Under the pieces are notes generated by a model. The model did not search any database, was not told the origin of the DNA, and worked only from the letters and a program-made list of their open reading frames with translations. From positions 1-29,779 of IMG/VR virus record IMGVR_UViG_3300032242_000206: 29,779 nucleotides of DNA; one strand, 5' to 3'. This document shows, piece after piece, positions 17,278 to 26,414 of the stretch (position 1 is its first letter; the number at the start of each line of letters is the position of its first letter). The stretch is from a virus. Its lineage: Duplodnaviria; Caudoviricetes. The position numbers were made by a program, and so were the translations under genes.

Positions 17278-17563
17278 GAACTATGACGTAATAGTAGCTT
17301 GGGCAAATGGTGAAAAGATTGAATACAATCATCCTAAAAATGGTTGGATTGAAGTTCATGGTGCAACTCCAAACTTTGGTGGGACTGTACAATTTAGGAT
17401 TAAGAAACCGCCACAAGATTTTGCTATTGCTGCCAATGTTGTGTTTAATCAAAAGACCAATGGCGAATACTTGGATTTCAGTAAATATGGCAAACAAAAC
17501 GTGGAGTTTATATTTGACGGAGAAACCCAGATGTTAAAGGACGTTAAATGCTTAATTTCTTAA
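17267..17563 (+). CDS. Hypothetical protein
   Basis: MKHK..DVIVAWANGEKIEY; AAGGA RBS. Confidence 0.65.
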   Translation: MKHKNYDVIVAWANGEKIEYNHPKNGWIEVHGATPNFGGTVQFRIKKPPQDFAIAANVVFNQKTNGEYLDFSKYGKQNVEFIFDGETQMLKDVKCLIS

Positions 17564-17679
17564 CGATTGTGTCAATATTACTTTTGGGTGCTTTTGTGTT
17601 CTTTGTGATACTTTTGTTGTATTTATACTGGGAAATATTTGTAATTAAAGATAATGAAAGTTTCACAAAACTCAATTAA
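17548..17679 (+). CDS. 43-aa single-TM protein (not in ORF track)
   Basis: MLNFLTIVSILLLGAFVFFVILLLYLYWEIF...; AAGGA RBS. Confidence 0.5.
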   Translation: MLNFLTIVSILLLGAFVFFVILLLYLYWEIFVIKDNESFTKLN

Positions 17680-17720
17680 CATTTAACAGCAATTTTGCAA
17701 GTTAACACAGGGAATGTTAA

Positions 17721-17891
17721 ATGGAACACAATCTAGTTATTGAAGGTTACGATTTCAAATTGGAAGTTGAGTGCGAAGATTTTGCTTTTATTGCTGCTAT
17801 CCAGGAATTTGTAGCTTCTATTGTTGCTGATGCTGAAGAAGAGTACGAAATTGTTTGGGAAGACGAGACAGAAGACGAAATCGAAGAGTAA
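17721..17891 (+). CDS. 56-aa highly acidic protein (not in ORF track)
   Basis: MEHNLVIEGYDFKLEVECEDF...EEEYEIVWEDETEDEIEE; AGGGA RBS. Confidence 0.65.
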   Translation: MEHNLVIEGYDFKLEVECEDFAFIAAIQEFVASIVADAEEEYEIVWEDETEDEIEE

Positions 17892-17990
17892 TTAAGTTAA
17901 CCTTGTAATTTAATATTTAGAATATCCCATTGATAAAGGGAAGGTCGGGGTGAGAATCCCCGCTAGGTTACTTAATGTGTTACTTTGTGT

Positions 17991-18938
17991 CTAGTATTGC
18001 TTTACATTAATAACTTCGCCTCGAAACTGGATAGTGTCTTTGGTATGCACCATAACTAGCTCTGGCATTAACATAACACCATTTTTAAAGGTGAGTATGG
18101 AAAACCCTGATCTCCAGTTGACAGGGTTTTGTTCTAAATAATTTTCAAACTGTGGGCCGTAAATATCAGCTAAAGTACCTGTATCGACTCCGTATCGAAC
18201 TCCGTTGTAATCAACGTATGGAGTTACCTTTAAAGAGTGTAAATGTCCTGTAACCATTGATACACCCGATTGAGCCGTATTATTGTGGGTAGCGTGTAAA
18301 CCTCCCTTATTTCGGTGTTTAACGATTACAGACTCATTTAACCATACTGACCAACACTTCTGCCAAAGGTTGAAATGATCTGACAACTTAAATCCTGCGG
18401 TATGCTCAAACTGAGGTGCGTTGGCAGCGAGATAAGTTTCAAATCTAGCATCATGGTTGCCTAAGGGCCAAACTAATTTGACGTTATGTCTTGCAGCTTT
18501 TGCTACTTCCTCTATTTCTGACATACAAGCCTGACAAGCCTTTAGCTCTTCAATTACGCTTGGTGCTTTGTCCCAGCCAATCCTAGCGTGGCGGGAAATG
18601 GAAGCTCCATCAAAAATGTCTCCGTTAGCTATGACCGCCTTGGGTGCTAATGTGGATATTGCCCACAATAAGCCTTTAAATGCAGTAGTTCGGATACCAG
18701 GCCAAAAGTGAGCATCTGAGAATACTACAACTGATCCGTTGAGAATTCCAAGGTCTATCTTTCTTTCTATCTTATGATAATCAACATGACCAGTCGGGAC
18801 TACAACACCCTTTTCTTCCATTCTTTGTTTTCTTCTTACTAAATTTCTTAAATCTATTTTCAAAAACCTTGCGACTGCTTTAGCACTTCCATGTTTTGCA
18901 AATGCTTCGATGATTTCTTCGTCAGTATGTTTTATCAT
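17991..18938 (-). CDS. Calcineurin-like metallophosphoesterase with N-terminal HTH-like segment
   Basis: SDAH, NGDIFD, GNHD, H, GHLH motifs in canonical order. Confidence 0.88.
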   Translation of the reverse strand: MIKHTDEEIIEAFAKHGSAKAVARFLKIDLRNLVRRKQRMEEKGVVVPTGHVDYHKIERKIDLGILNGSVVVFSDAHFWPGIRTTAFKGLLWAISTLAPKAVIANGDIFDGASISRHARIGWDKAPSVIEELKACQACMSEIEEVAKAARHNVKLVWPLGNHDARFETYLAANAPQFEHTAGFKLSDHFNLWQKCWSVWLNESVIVKHRNKGGLHATHNNTAQSGVSMVTGHLHSLKVTPYVDYNGVRYGVDTGTLADIYGPQFENYLEQNPVNWRSGFSILTFKNGVMLMPELVMVHTKDTIQFRGEVINVKQY

Positions 18939-19057
18939 ATGAACTTTAAGTAAAGAATTAACTGTCGTTTATAACATTTATTTGTTACAATTCAAACCAC
19001 TTGACAAACGCATTTATGATGCGAAAATAAAGATTCCAATTTTTTAAAGGATATAAA

Positions 19058-19396
19058 ATGGGATACTACGGTAAAGAAAAAATGCCTAAAGGCGTTGCCG
19101 CTTCTGATCGCTCTGGCGAGAAGATGGGTAGTGAAAAAGGCCCAAACAGCACAAAGGGAACACCTGGCATGACTGGCGAAAAAATGCCTAAAGGCGTTAA
19201 CGCAAGTGATATGTCTGGTGAGCGTAAAGCTAAACTAGTCGGTGGTGTAGGCATGGGTAAAGCAGACACAATCGGTATGCGCGATAACAGCCACATGGGT
19301 AAAAATGATGGTCGTACTGGTGAGTTCAACACAGGTTCTAGCGAATCTGAGTGTTATACTCACGAGCGTGTGCCTCACGTTCAAGATAGAATGTAA
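19058..19396 (+). CDS. Gly/Lys/Met-rich disordered protein with internal repeat
   Basis: AAGGA RBS; EKMPKGV.ASD.SGE occurs twice. Confidence 0.7.
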   Translation: MGYYGKEKMPKGVAASDRSGEKMGSEKGPNSTKGTPGMTGEKMPKGVNASDMSGERKAKLVGGVGMGKADTIGMRDNSHMGKNDGRTGEFNTGSSESECYTHERVPHVQDRM

Positions 19397-19466
19397 AATA
19401 GCGAAACCCCACAACATTGTGTCGATGTGTAGGGTTTCTAGCCAACTTAAGTAAGGAGACTTAAAA

Positions 19467-19736
19467 TTGGATAAAGAGAATTGTAAGTTATGTAGGTTCT
19501 TTGATCTACAAAATAATCAAACATTGGGTCAATGCAGAAGATACCCAACGTATATGAACAGGCATCAAAATGAATGGTGCGGTGAGTTTAGGTTTCATTT
19601 TGAAAGAGATGCAGTTGCCGAAAAAGCGACTTTAGCCCCAGCCCAAGCGGTTGGGGATTTTTCTGCTGATGTAGCAGAAGCTAGAGAAGTTTTGAAGCCA
19701 AAAAACAACAAACTTAGTCGGAGGCAAGTACCATGA
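19467..19736 (+). CDS. Small Cys-rich metal-binding protein
   Basis: CKLCRFF...GQCRRYP...EWCGEF; TAAGGAG RBS. Confidence 0.65.
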   Translation: MDKENCKLCRFFDLQNNQTLGQCRRYPTYMNRHQNEWCGEFRFHFERDAVAEKATLAPAQAVGDFSADVAEAREVLKPKNNKLSRRQVP

Positions 19737-20020
19737 AGCCAATCCGAGACAAGATTATTGTCAAGCCTATACCAAGAATCGTATCGACTTTGTATATACA
19801 AACCGCTGAAGCTGACTCTATTGGTCACGTTGTAGCGGTCGGTGACGAAGCTGCAGACGAGGGATTAAAAGTAGGTGATAAGATATACTTTGGAACACTT
19901 GCAGAAGATTACAAAGACGAGTATCTTAAATATTTTGAGTTCAAGGACAATGGCGAAAAGCTAATTGTCATGTCATGGAAAGACGTTTGTTTTGTGGAGG
20001 AACAAGATGCCGTTAATTAA
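19733..20020 (+). CDS. GroES-like co-chaperonin
   Basis: MKPIRDKIIVKP...G.VVAVG......LKVGDKIYF...LIVMS.KDV. Confidence 0.8.
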   Translation: MKPIRDKIIVKPIPRIVSTLYIQTAEADSIGHVVAVGDEAADEGLKVGDKIYFGTLAEDYKDEYLKYFEFKDNGEKLIVMSWKDVCFVEEQDAVN

Positions 20021-20150
20021 ATCAACCAAACCCGAAGCGTTCAAAAAGAACATTAAAGCTGAAATCAAGGCTAATAAACCTGTAAAACAGGCAGTAGCAA
20101 TTGCATATTCTGAAAAACGTGAGGCTGAAAAAGCCAAGAAAAAAAAATGA
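20007..20150 (+). CDS. Small basic phage protein
   Basis: MPLIKS....AFKKNIKAE..A.KPVKQAVAIAYS; GGAGG RBS. Confidence 0.7.
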   Translation: MPLIKSTKPEAFKKNIKAEIKANKPVKQAVAIAYSEKREAEKAKKKK

Positions 20151-20287
20151 AAGCCAGTTTAGCCGTCCATTTATTAATTGCAATGGGTGTAGACGAATAT
20201 GTTTTTATGAAGTGGCAGGCTGGTGCAAACCCACATTCAACTAAAAAAGGTCCAGGTCGTAAACATTCACAAGGAAAGAAAAAATGA
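20147..20287 (+). CDS. Hypothetical 46-aa protein (not in ORF track)
   Basis: ATGA overlaps on both sides. Confidence 0.55.
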   Translation: MKASLAVHLLIAMGVDEYVFMKWQAGANPHSTKKGPGRKHSQGKKK

Positions 20288-20454
20288 TATTTGAACATGA
20301 AATCCAAGATGTAAACTTAATAATTACTAGCCTTGAACACAAAATCAGGGACATGCAATTATTGGTTCAGAAATTAATGGCAAAAGCTAATGAGCAAATG
20401 GCTGTGCCAAAACTAAATGCAGAGCCAGTTGAAAACACTCCTGTTAATAACTAA
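20284..20454 (+). CDS. Hypothetical 56-aa coiled-coil protein (not in ORF track)
   Basis: ATGA overlap, AAGGA RBS. Confidence 0.55.
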   Translation: MIFEHEIQDVNLIITSLEHKIRDMQLLVQKLMAKANEQMAVPKLNAEPVENTPVNN

Positions 20455-20493
20455 AAGTAATAAAGAAATCAATTATTTAGGGATTAGAGTAAT

Positions 20494-20772
20494 ATGCCAG
20501 TAGGAGCACCACTCGGAAACAAGAATGGGAGCAAGTCTCGCATCTTTTCCGATCGTTTGCGAATGACATTATTGCAAGAGCCACACAGATTGGTTAAGGT
20601 TGCAGAACAATTAATCAGTCAAGCAGAAAGCGGAGAACCTTGGGCAATAAAAGAACTCATGGATCGTTTAGAGGGCAAAGCTATCCAAGCGACAAGTATA
20701 GAAAACGCAGATGGTTCTCCGATAATGCAGAATATCCAAGTGTCATTTGTAGCGCCTAATGGAACAGAGTGA
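20494..20772 (+). CDS. Putative terminase small subunit
   Basis: GAPLGNKN and WAIKELMDRLEGK motifs; overlaps the terL start. Confidence 0.65.
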   Translation: MPVGAPLGNKNGSKSRIFSDRLRMTLLQEPHRLVKVAEQLISQAESGEPWAIKELMDRLEGKAIQATSIENADGSPIMQNIQVSFVAPNGTE

Positions 20773-22045
20773 AATCCAAGCTGCGATCACCAAGGCAGAG
20801 TTTCCTGTCAAACTACAATGCTTGTTTGAGAAATCCCGATACAAGTGCATCTTTGGCGGTAGAGGATCGGCAAAGAGCTGGTCGGTCGCACGAGCATTGC
20901 TTATCTTGGGGGCAAAGCAAGTACACAGAATACTTTGCGCTCGTGAATTTCAAAACTCCATATCTCAGTCGGTTCATAAGTTATTGAGCGACCAGATCGT
21001 AGATTTGGGTTTAATTGGGTTTTATGAGATAACTGAGCGCACAATTCGAGGAAAAAACGGCACAGAGTTTAATTTTGTTGGCCTGAAAAACAATCCACAC
21101 AATATAAAATCGTTTGAGGGTTGCACAATTGTCTGGGTAGAAGAAGCTCAGGCGGTATCAGCTAGAAGTTGGGATATTCTAATTCCTACTATCAGAGCCA
21201 AGGATTCAGAAATTTGGATAACTATGAATCCAGAATTAGAGTCTGATGCAACTTACCAGCGCTTTGTGCTACATCCGCCAGATAATTGCATCACCCAAAA
21301 AGTCAATTGGTCAGATAATCCTTGGTTTCCAGAGGTATTGGATTATGAGCGTAGAACTCTGCAATCTAGAGATATAGAAGCATACAACACAGTCTGGGAA
21401 GGATTGTGTAGGCAGACTGTGGACGGAGCTGTGTTTGCTAAAGAAATGCAAATGGCAGAGCTGGAGGAAAGAATCACCAAGGTGCGTTACGATCCTACTA
21501 AGCCAGTCATTGCAGTATTTGACCTTGGCTGGGCAGATTCCACATCCATTTGGTTTGTCCAGTTCATTGCACAAGAAATAAGGCTCATACGTTACATTGA
21601 AGACAATCAGCAGACAATAAGTCATTATTTAGCGCTTATGCAGACTTACGGCTATGTTTATGATACATTATGGTTGCCACATGATGCACAAAACAAAACA
21701 ATTGGATCAAACGGACGATCAATTGAGGAAATCGTCAAATCTGCAGGGTTCAAAACCAAAATCATCCCTAGAACTCCTATCGCAGACTCTATTAATGCAG
21801 CGAGAACTATATTCAGAAACTGCTACTTTGACCGAGATAATTGCTATGATGGACTCCAATGTCTTAGGCATTACAAGTACGAAGTAGATCCAGATACAAA
21901 GCAATTTAGCAGAAACCCTTTGCATGACCAGTATTCGCATGGTGCTGATGCGTTCAGGTACATTGGTCTTGGAGTACAGGAAACTAGACCAAAACGTGCA
22001 AAACAAGTAAACTATGCACCACCACAGTCGTGGATGGCGTTATAA
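20759..22045 (+). CDS. terL: Terminase large subunit (PBSX/Terminase_3-like)
   Basis: Walker A GGRGSAKS, CAREFQNSI, Walker B VWVEEA, nuclease FDLG..D, SHGADAFRY. Confidence 0.95.
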   Translation: MEQSEIQAAITKAEFPVKLQCLFEKSRYKCIFGGRGSAKSWSVARALLILGAKQVHRILCAREFQNSISQSVHKLLSDQIVDLGLIGFYEITERTIRGKNGTEFNFVGLKNNPHNIKSFEGCTIVWVEEAQAVSARSWDILIPTIRAKDSEIWITMNPELESDATYQRFVLHPPDNCITQKVNWSDNPWFPEVLDYERRTLQSRDIEAYNTVWEGLCRQTVDGAVFAKEMQMAELEERITKVRYDPTKPVIAVFDLGWADSTSIWFVQFIAQEIRLIRYIEDNQQTISHYLALMQTYGYVYDTLWLPHDAQNKTIGSNGRSIEEIVKSAGFKTKIIPRTPIADSINAARTIFRNCYFDRDNCYDGLQCLRHYKYEVDPDTKQFSRNPLHDQYSHGADAFRYIGLGVQETRPKRAKQVNYAPPQSWMAL

Positions 22046-22061
22046 CTTATTTGGAGTAAAT

Positions 22062-22967
22062 GTGCCTACACTAGCCGATGTATTTAGCGCTGCCGATAGT
22101 TTTAAGCGCAGATTGACAGATACTGCCATGAACCCAATTGCTAGTTTTCAGCAAATGGTAGGCAATGCCAATGATAGAGCTAGAGAATATAGCGAACAAT
22201 CAGCAAGTGAAGCTAGAGAGCCATTAAGTAGCCCAAAAGTTTTAAAGGCTGCAGAACAAATGGCTGGTGCTTATAACCCAATTGGAATGACTGTTTTTCA
22301 TGGTTCTCCATACAAATTTATGAAATTTGACCCATCCAAAATTGGAACTGGAGAAGGAGCGCAAGCATTTGGACATGGACTTTATGTTGCTGAAAATCCA
22401 AAAGTAGCTGAAGGTTACGCAAAAAACGTTAAAGATTTGTCATCAATTCAAGAATATAACGCTAAATTAAAAAGACTATCCAAAATAATGGATGAAGATA
22501 ATGCAGGAAGTTATAGAAAATTCAAGTCTCAAAAAGGTGAGCAAGCAGCTAAAGAATATGATGAATTAATGGAAGAGAAACTTCAAAAAGTTAAAGATCC
22601 TGGAAATATTTATAAAATAGATTTGCCTGATGAGCATATAAATAAAATGCTTGATTGGGACAAGCCTTTTAGTCAACAACCTAAAAATGTACAAGAAGCA
22701 TTAGCTAAACATAATCCTGATATGTATCACCCTAAAAGTGAAGATTTTGATCCTACAGAACGTGGTCAATGGACATATATGCGATTAGCTAATGAAATGA
22801 CTCAAAAAAATGCAAGCAACAAATTAGCTGAATTAGGCGTACCAGGCATTAAATATCTTGATGAAGGTAGTAGGACTTTAGGTGAAGGCACTAGAAACTT
22901 TGTAATATTTCCTGGCAACGAGCATTTGTTAGACATTCAAGACATTAATGGACAACCCATTAAATAA
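22062..22967 (+). CDS. Polyvalent-protein-type ADP-ribosyltransferase-like domain protein
   Basis: GTG start with GGAG RBS; VFHGSPYKF.KFD.SKIGTGEGAQAFGHGLY.AEN..VA..Y...G.PGIKYLD..SR...NFVIF. Confidence 0.6.
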   Translation: MPTLADVFSAADSFKRRLTDTAMNPIASFQQMVGNANDRAREYSEQSASEAREPLSSPKVLKAAEQMAGAYNPIGMTVFHGSPYKFMKFDPSKIGTGEGAQAFGHGLYVAENPKVAEGYAKNVKDLSSIQEYNAKLKRLSKIMDEDNAGSYRKFKSQKGEQAAKEYDELMEEKLQKVKDPGNIYKIDLPDEHINKMLDWDKPFSQQPKNVQEALAKHNPDMYHPKSEDFDPTERGQWTYMRLANEMTQKNASNKLAELGVPGIKYLDEGSRTLGEGTRNFVIFPGNEHLLDIQDINGQPIK

Positions 22968-22975
22968 AGGCAAAC

Positions 22976-25078
22976 ATGGCATACGACTCAAACACAGACG
23001 ATTACGATCCAATAATTGAGGAAGCTAAACAGTTCCTGAAGTTTTCCAATGATGCAGACACCATGAACCGCCAAGAGGCTTTAGAAGACCTAAAGTTTGC
23101 ATCTGGCGGAAATCAATGGCCAGTAGACCTCCAAAATAGTAGAAATCTTGAATCTCGTCCAGTTCTTACCATTAATAAGCTCGATGGCTATTGCCGTCAA
23201 GTTACAAATCAGCAACGTCAACAACGTCCGAGAATCAAGGTACATGCGACTAATACGCAGGAAGATGCTGCGGAAGCTAAGGTCGTTCAGGGTATGATTC
23301 GACATATTGAAGTTAACTCTAACGCAGATAACGCTTACGACAATGCTTATAACTACGCAGTTCGCATGGGCTGGGGATACTGGCGTGTTGATCACAGATA
23401 TGTAAGAGAAGATTCTTTTGACCAAGAAATCTTTATTGATCCGATTGACAACCCATTTACAGTCTATTTAGACCCAAACAGTATTGCGGTTGATGGCTCA
23501 GACCAAGAGCGTTGTTTAATAACTACAATGATGCCAAAGACCACATTCAGGGAACTATATCCCGATGTGGACGAAACATCATTCCTAAGCCGTGGAACTG
23601 GAGATACGCAAAGCGAATGGATTACCAAAGAAGACATAAGAGTAGCAGAGTATTGGTACACAGTCAGAGAACCCGCAACTCTATATCAGCTCTCAGATGG
23701 TTCTACACGATTTGCAGAAAGTAAAGACTTCTTTGACAGAATTGAACGTGCTGGGCTATTTGTCGTTAACGAGCGTAAATCTATTAAACGCACAATTAAA
23801 TGGAAAAAGCTAACAGCTACTGCGGTGCTAGAGGAGCGTGATTGGCCTGGTTATTACATCCCAATTGTTCCAGTTTACGGACGGCACGTTGTAATCGGAG
23901 ATAAACGCAAGAAGTTTGGTATGGTTCGTCATGCCAAAGATGCCCAAAGAATGTACAACTTCTGGGTAACATCACTCACAGAATCTGTAGCACTTGCACC
24001 TAAAGCCAAGTGGATTATGGCTGAAGGTCAAGACGAAGGGCACGAGTTAGATTGGGCTGCAGCAAACATCAAATCAATGGCGACATTGCGTTACAAGCAG
24101 ACTGACATTGATGGCAACCCAGCGCCTCCTCCACAAAGACTGCAACCAGAACCGCCTCCAGCTGGAGTGATGGCTGCAGCGCAAGAGATTAACTCAGACA
24201 TGGCGACGATCATTGGAATATATGATCCTAGCCAACAATTGCCAGGCAATATGTCTGGTAAGGCGCTAAATGGTCAGCAAATGCAAGTTGATCTAACCAA
24301 CTTTGATTTGTACGATAACTTGACTAAATCTATTGCGTACACAGGCAAAATTATCTTAGACCTAATTCCTAAGATTTACGATACCGAGCGCATTATGCGT
24401 ATTATTGGTGATGATGGTAAACCTGATCTACTTACAATTAACGAACGCACAGCGGTTGGTAAGGTCAAGAACGATGTAACTGTTGGTCAATACGACGTGG
24501 TGATGGAGACTGGCCCAGGTTACAACTCCAAGCGCCAAGAAGCGGTTGATGCCATGATGCCATTACTGCAAGGTAACGAGCAATTATTTAATGCTGCAGC
24601 TGATCTGGTGTTTAGGAATATGGATTTTCCTGGCGCAGAAACAATTGCAGACAGACTTGCAGCGCTTAACCCAATGGCGCAGATTGACGAACATTCAGAC
24701 ATACCGCCTGAAGTGCAAATTAAGCTCAAGGCAGCGCAAGGTCAAGTTCAACAGATGCAACAACAGATGCAGGCTATGCAGTTGGCTATGAAACAACGCC
24801 AAGACATTGAGCAGGTCAAGCAAGATAACGAAAACAAACGTGAATTGTTACGCCAAACAACCAAAGCGCACAATACAGAAACTATGGCGCAAGTTAAAGT
24901 TAACGATCAAAATACACGTTCGATTACTTCGCAAAACAAAGTAGAAATTGAAGCTATTACAAATTTGTTATTGCATCACATGGATACTGCTAGATTAGAA
25001 CGTGAAATTAGGGCAAGAAATGCCGAACAATATGCCTTTGGTAATGAGGCAATTCAATCAATACAGGGAAATCAATAA
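22976..25078 (+). CDS. Portal protein, P22-like
   Basis: 700 aa; EDLKF..G.QW, RPVLTINKL, YIPIVPVYG, KDAQRMYN, SGKAL, G.YDVV..TGP.Y.SKRQE; C-terminal Gln-rich barrel. Confidence 0.93.
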   Translation: MAYDSNTDDYDPIIEEAKQFLKFSNDADTMNRQEALEDLKFASGGNQWPVDLQNSRNLESRPVLTINKLDGYCRQVTNQQRQQRPRIKVHATNTQEDAAEAKVVQGMIRHIEVNSNADNAYDNAYNYAVRMGWGYWRVDHRYVREDSFDQEIFIDPIDNPFTVYLDPNSIAVDGSDQERCLITTMMPKTTFRELYPDVDETSFLSRGTGDTQSEWITKEDIRVAEYWYTVREPATLYQLSDGSTRFAESKDFFDRIERAGLFVVNERKSIKRTIKWKKLTATAVLEERDWPGYYIPIVPVYGRHVVIGDKRKKFGMVRHAKDAQRMYNFWVTSLTESVALAPKAKWIMAEGQDEGHELDWAAANIKSMATLRYKQTDIDGNPAPPPQRLQPEPPPAGVMAAAQEINSDMATIIGIYDPSQQLPGNMSGKALNGQQMQVDLTNFDLYDNLTKSIAYTGKIILDLIPKIYDTERIMRIIGDDGKPDLLTINERTAVGKVKNDVTVGQYDVVMETGPGYNSKRQEAVDAMMPLLQGNEQLFNAAADLVFRNMDFPGAETIADRLAALNPMAQIDEHSDIPPEVQIKLKAAQGQVQQMQQQMQAMQLAMKQRQDIEQVKQDNENKRELLRQTTKAHNTETMAQVKVNDQNTRSITSQNKVEIEAITNLLLHHMDTARLEREIRARNAEQYAFGNEAIQSIQGNQ

Positions 25079-25392
25079 TGCCAACTGTAACAAGTGCCAA
25101 TCGTGAAGAATTTAACAAAGACGAAATGTCTAAAAAAGAATTAAATAGACCTAGAGCATCTAATATTTTTTATCATAGATACAAAGAAAAAATAACTCCA
25201 GATAAAGATTATTTTAATTTTGTAAAAGTTAACGAACCACATGTAAAAGAATATAGTTCAGGAATAAAAAAAGAAGTTCAAGGATTCACAGGGCTTAATG
25301 AAAAACAACAAGCAAAAAAATTGCACGAAAGAATGAAAGAAGCTGTTAACCATGTTACAGAAGCATGGGATTATACAAAGCCAATAGATTAA
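25078..25392 (+). CDS. Hypothetical protein between portal and scaffold
   Basis: TAATG coupling to the portal gene; AT-rich. Confidence 0.7.
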   Translation: MPTVTSANREEFNKDEMSKKELNRPRASNIFYHRYKEKITPDKDYFNFVKVNEPHVKEYSSGIKKEVQGFTGLNEKQQAKKLHERMKEAVNHVTEAWDYTKPID

Positions 25393-25406
25393 ATAATCAA
25401 CAATAA

Positions 25407-25435
25407 TTGACAGTATAATTACTTTCAGTTATATT
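25407..25435 (+). promoter_or_regulatory. Sigma70-type promoter for the scaffold/capsid genes
   Basis: TTGACA-17 nt-TATATT, followed by hairpin CCTGTG-AGGTA-CACAGG before the scaffold RBS. Confidence 0.65.
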
Positions 25436-25485
25436 GACTAAACCTTACCTGTGAGGTACACAGGGCAAATTCTTAGGGAAAACCT

Positions 25486-26379
25486 ATGTCTAGTGAAAGA
25501 GAAGCATCGTCTGTATTGACGAGCGAAAATTCGGGCGAGTTTTATGCTAATAAACTTGGTTTAGCTACGGAAGCTCCTGTCGAGGCGGTTGAAACCGAGC
25601 CGACAGTTGAGGATACTCCGCAGAGTGAACCAGTTGCAGACGAACCCAAACCAGTAGAGGAAGGCGAAAAGAAGCCGAATCCGAAACTTGAAAAGCGTTT
25701 TTCTGAATTAACAAAGCAACGTGAGATGGCTCGGCAGGAAGCTGACCGAGAGCGCCAAAGAGCTGCGGATTTAGAGGCACGTTTAGAGGCGCTTGAAAAA
25801 GGTTCTAAGCCTGTAAAACAGGATGAGCCTAATAAAGAGCCACAGCCGAGTGACTTTACCGATGCGTTTGAATATGCAAAAGCATTGGCAGAGTATTCGA
25901 CTGCTAAAGCACTTGAAAACAGGGATAAACAGGAAGCTGAACGCAAAGCTAACGAAGAGCGCCAGAAAGTTATGACCTCTTGGCAAACAAAGTTAGAAGT
26001 AGCGAAAAGCGAACTGCCTGACTACGAAGACATGATTGCATCTAGCGATGTGGTTGTATCAGACCAAGTTAGGGATGCTATTTTGGATAGCGATGTAGGG
26101 CCAAAGATTCTTTACCATCTGGCAGAGAATCCCGAAGTTGCAACCAAGATCAGCGGATTATCTTTAACAAGTGCTTTAAGAGAGATTGGGAAATTAGAGG
26201 CTAGGTTTGAAAAAACCGCAGAAGCGCCTAAGCCTGCTGTAAGAAAAAGCAATGCACCAGCGCCTATCAATCCAATCCGAGGCGGTTCTAATGTTGATGT
26301 ACCTATGACTGCCGATGGGGAGTTTACAGGATCAATACAGCAATGGAAAGAAATGCGTAAGGCTGGAAAGATTAGGTAA
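25486..26379 (+). CDS. Scaffolding protein
   Basis: Acidic Pro/Glu N-terminal region, KRFSELT coiled coil, P...DF.D..EY..AL, GP.ILYHLA.NPE, basic C-terminus; directly upstream of the coat gene. Confidence 0.85.
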   Translation: MSSEREASSVLTSENSGEFYANKLGLATEAPVEAVETEPTVEDTPQSEPVADEPKPVEEGEKKPNPKLEKRFSELTKQREMARQEADRERQRAADLEARLEALEKGSKPVKQDEPNKEPQPSDFTDAFEYAKALAEYSTAKALENRDKQEAERKANEERQKVMTSWQTKLEVAKSELPDYEDMIASSDVVVSDQVRDAILDSDVGPKILYHLAENPEVATKISGLSLTSALREIGKLEARFEKTAEAPKPAVRKSNAPAPINPIRGGSNVDVPMTADGEFTGSIQQWKEMRKAGKIR

Positions 26380-26414
26380 ATTTATTAAATTAACACTTAA
26401 AAAGGAATACTAAA

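Noticed and set aside
17946-17962. CGGGG/CCCCG hairpin as a bidirectional terminator
   Set aside because: Short stem with no adjacent U-tract on either strand.
19001-19028. TTGACA promoter for the late region
   Set aside because: No convincing -10 at 16-18 nt spacing; may need an activator, not supportable here.
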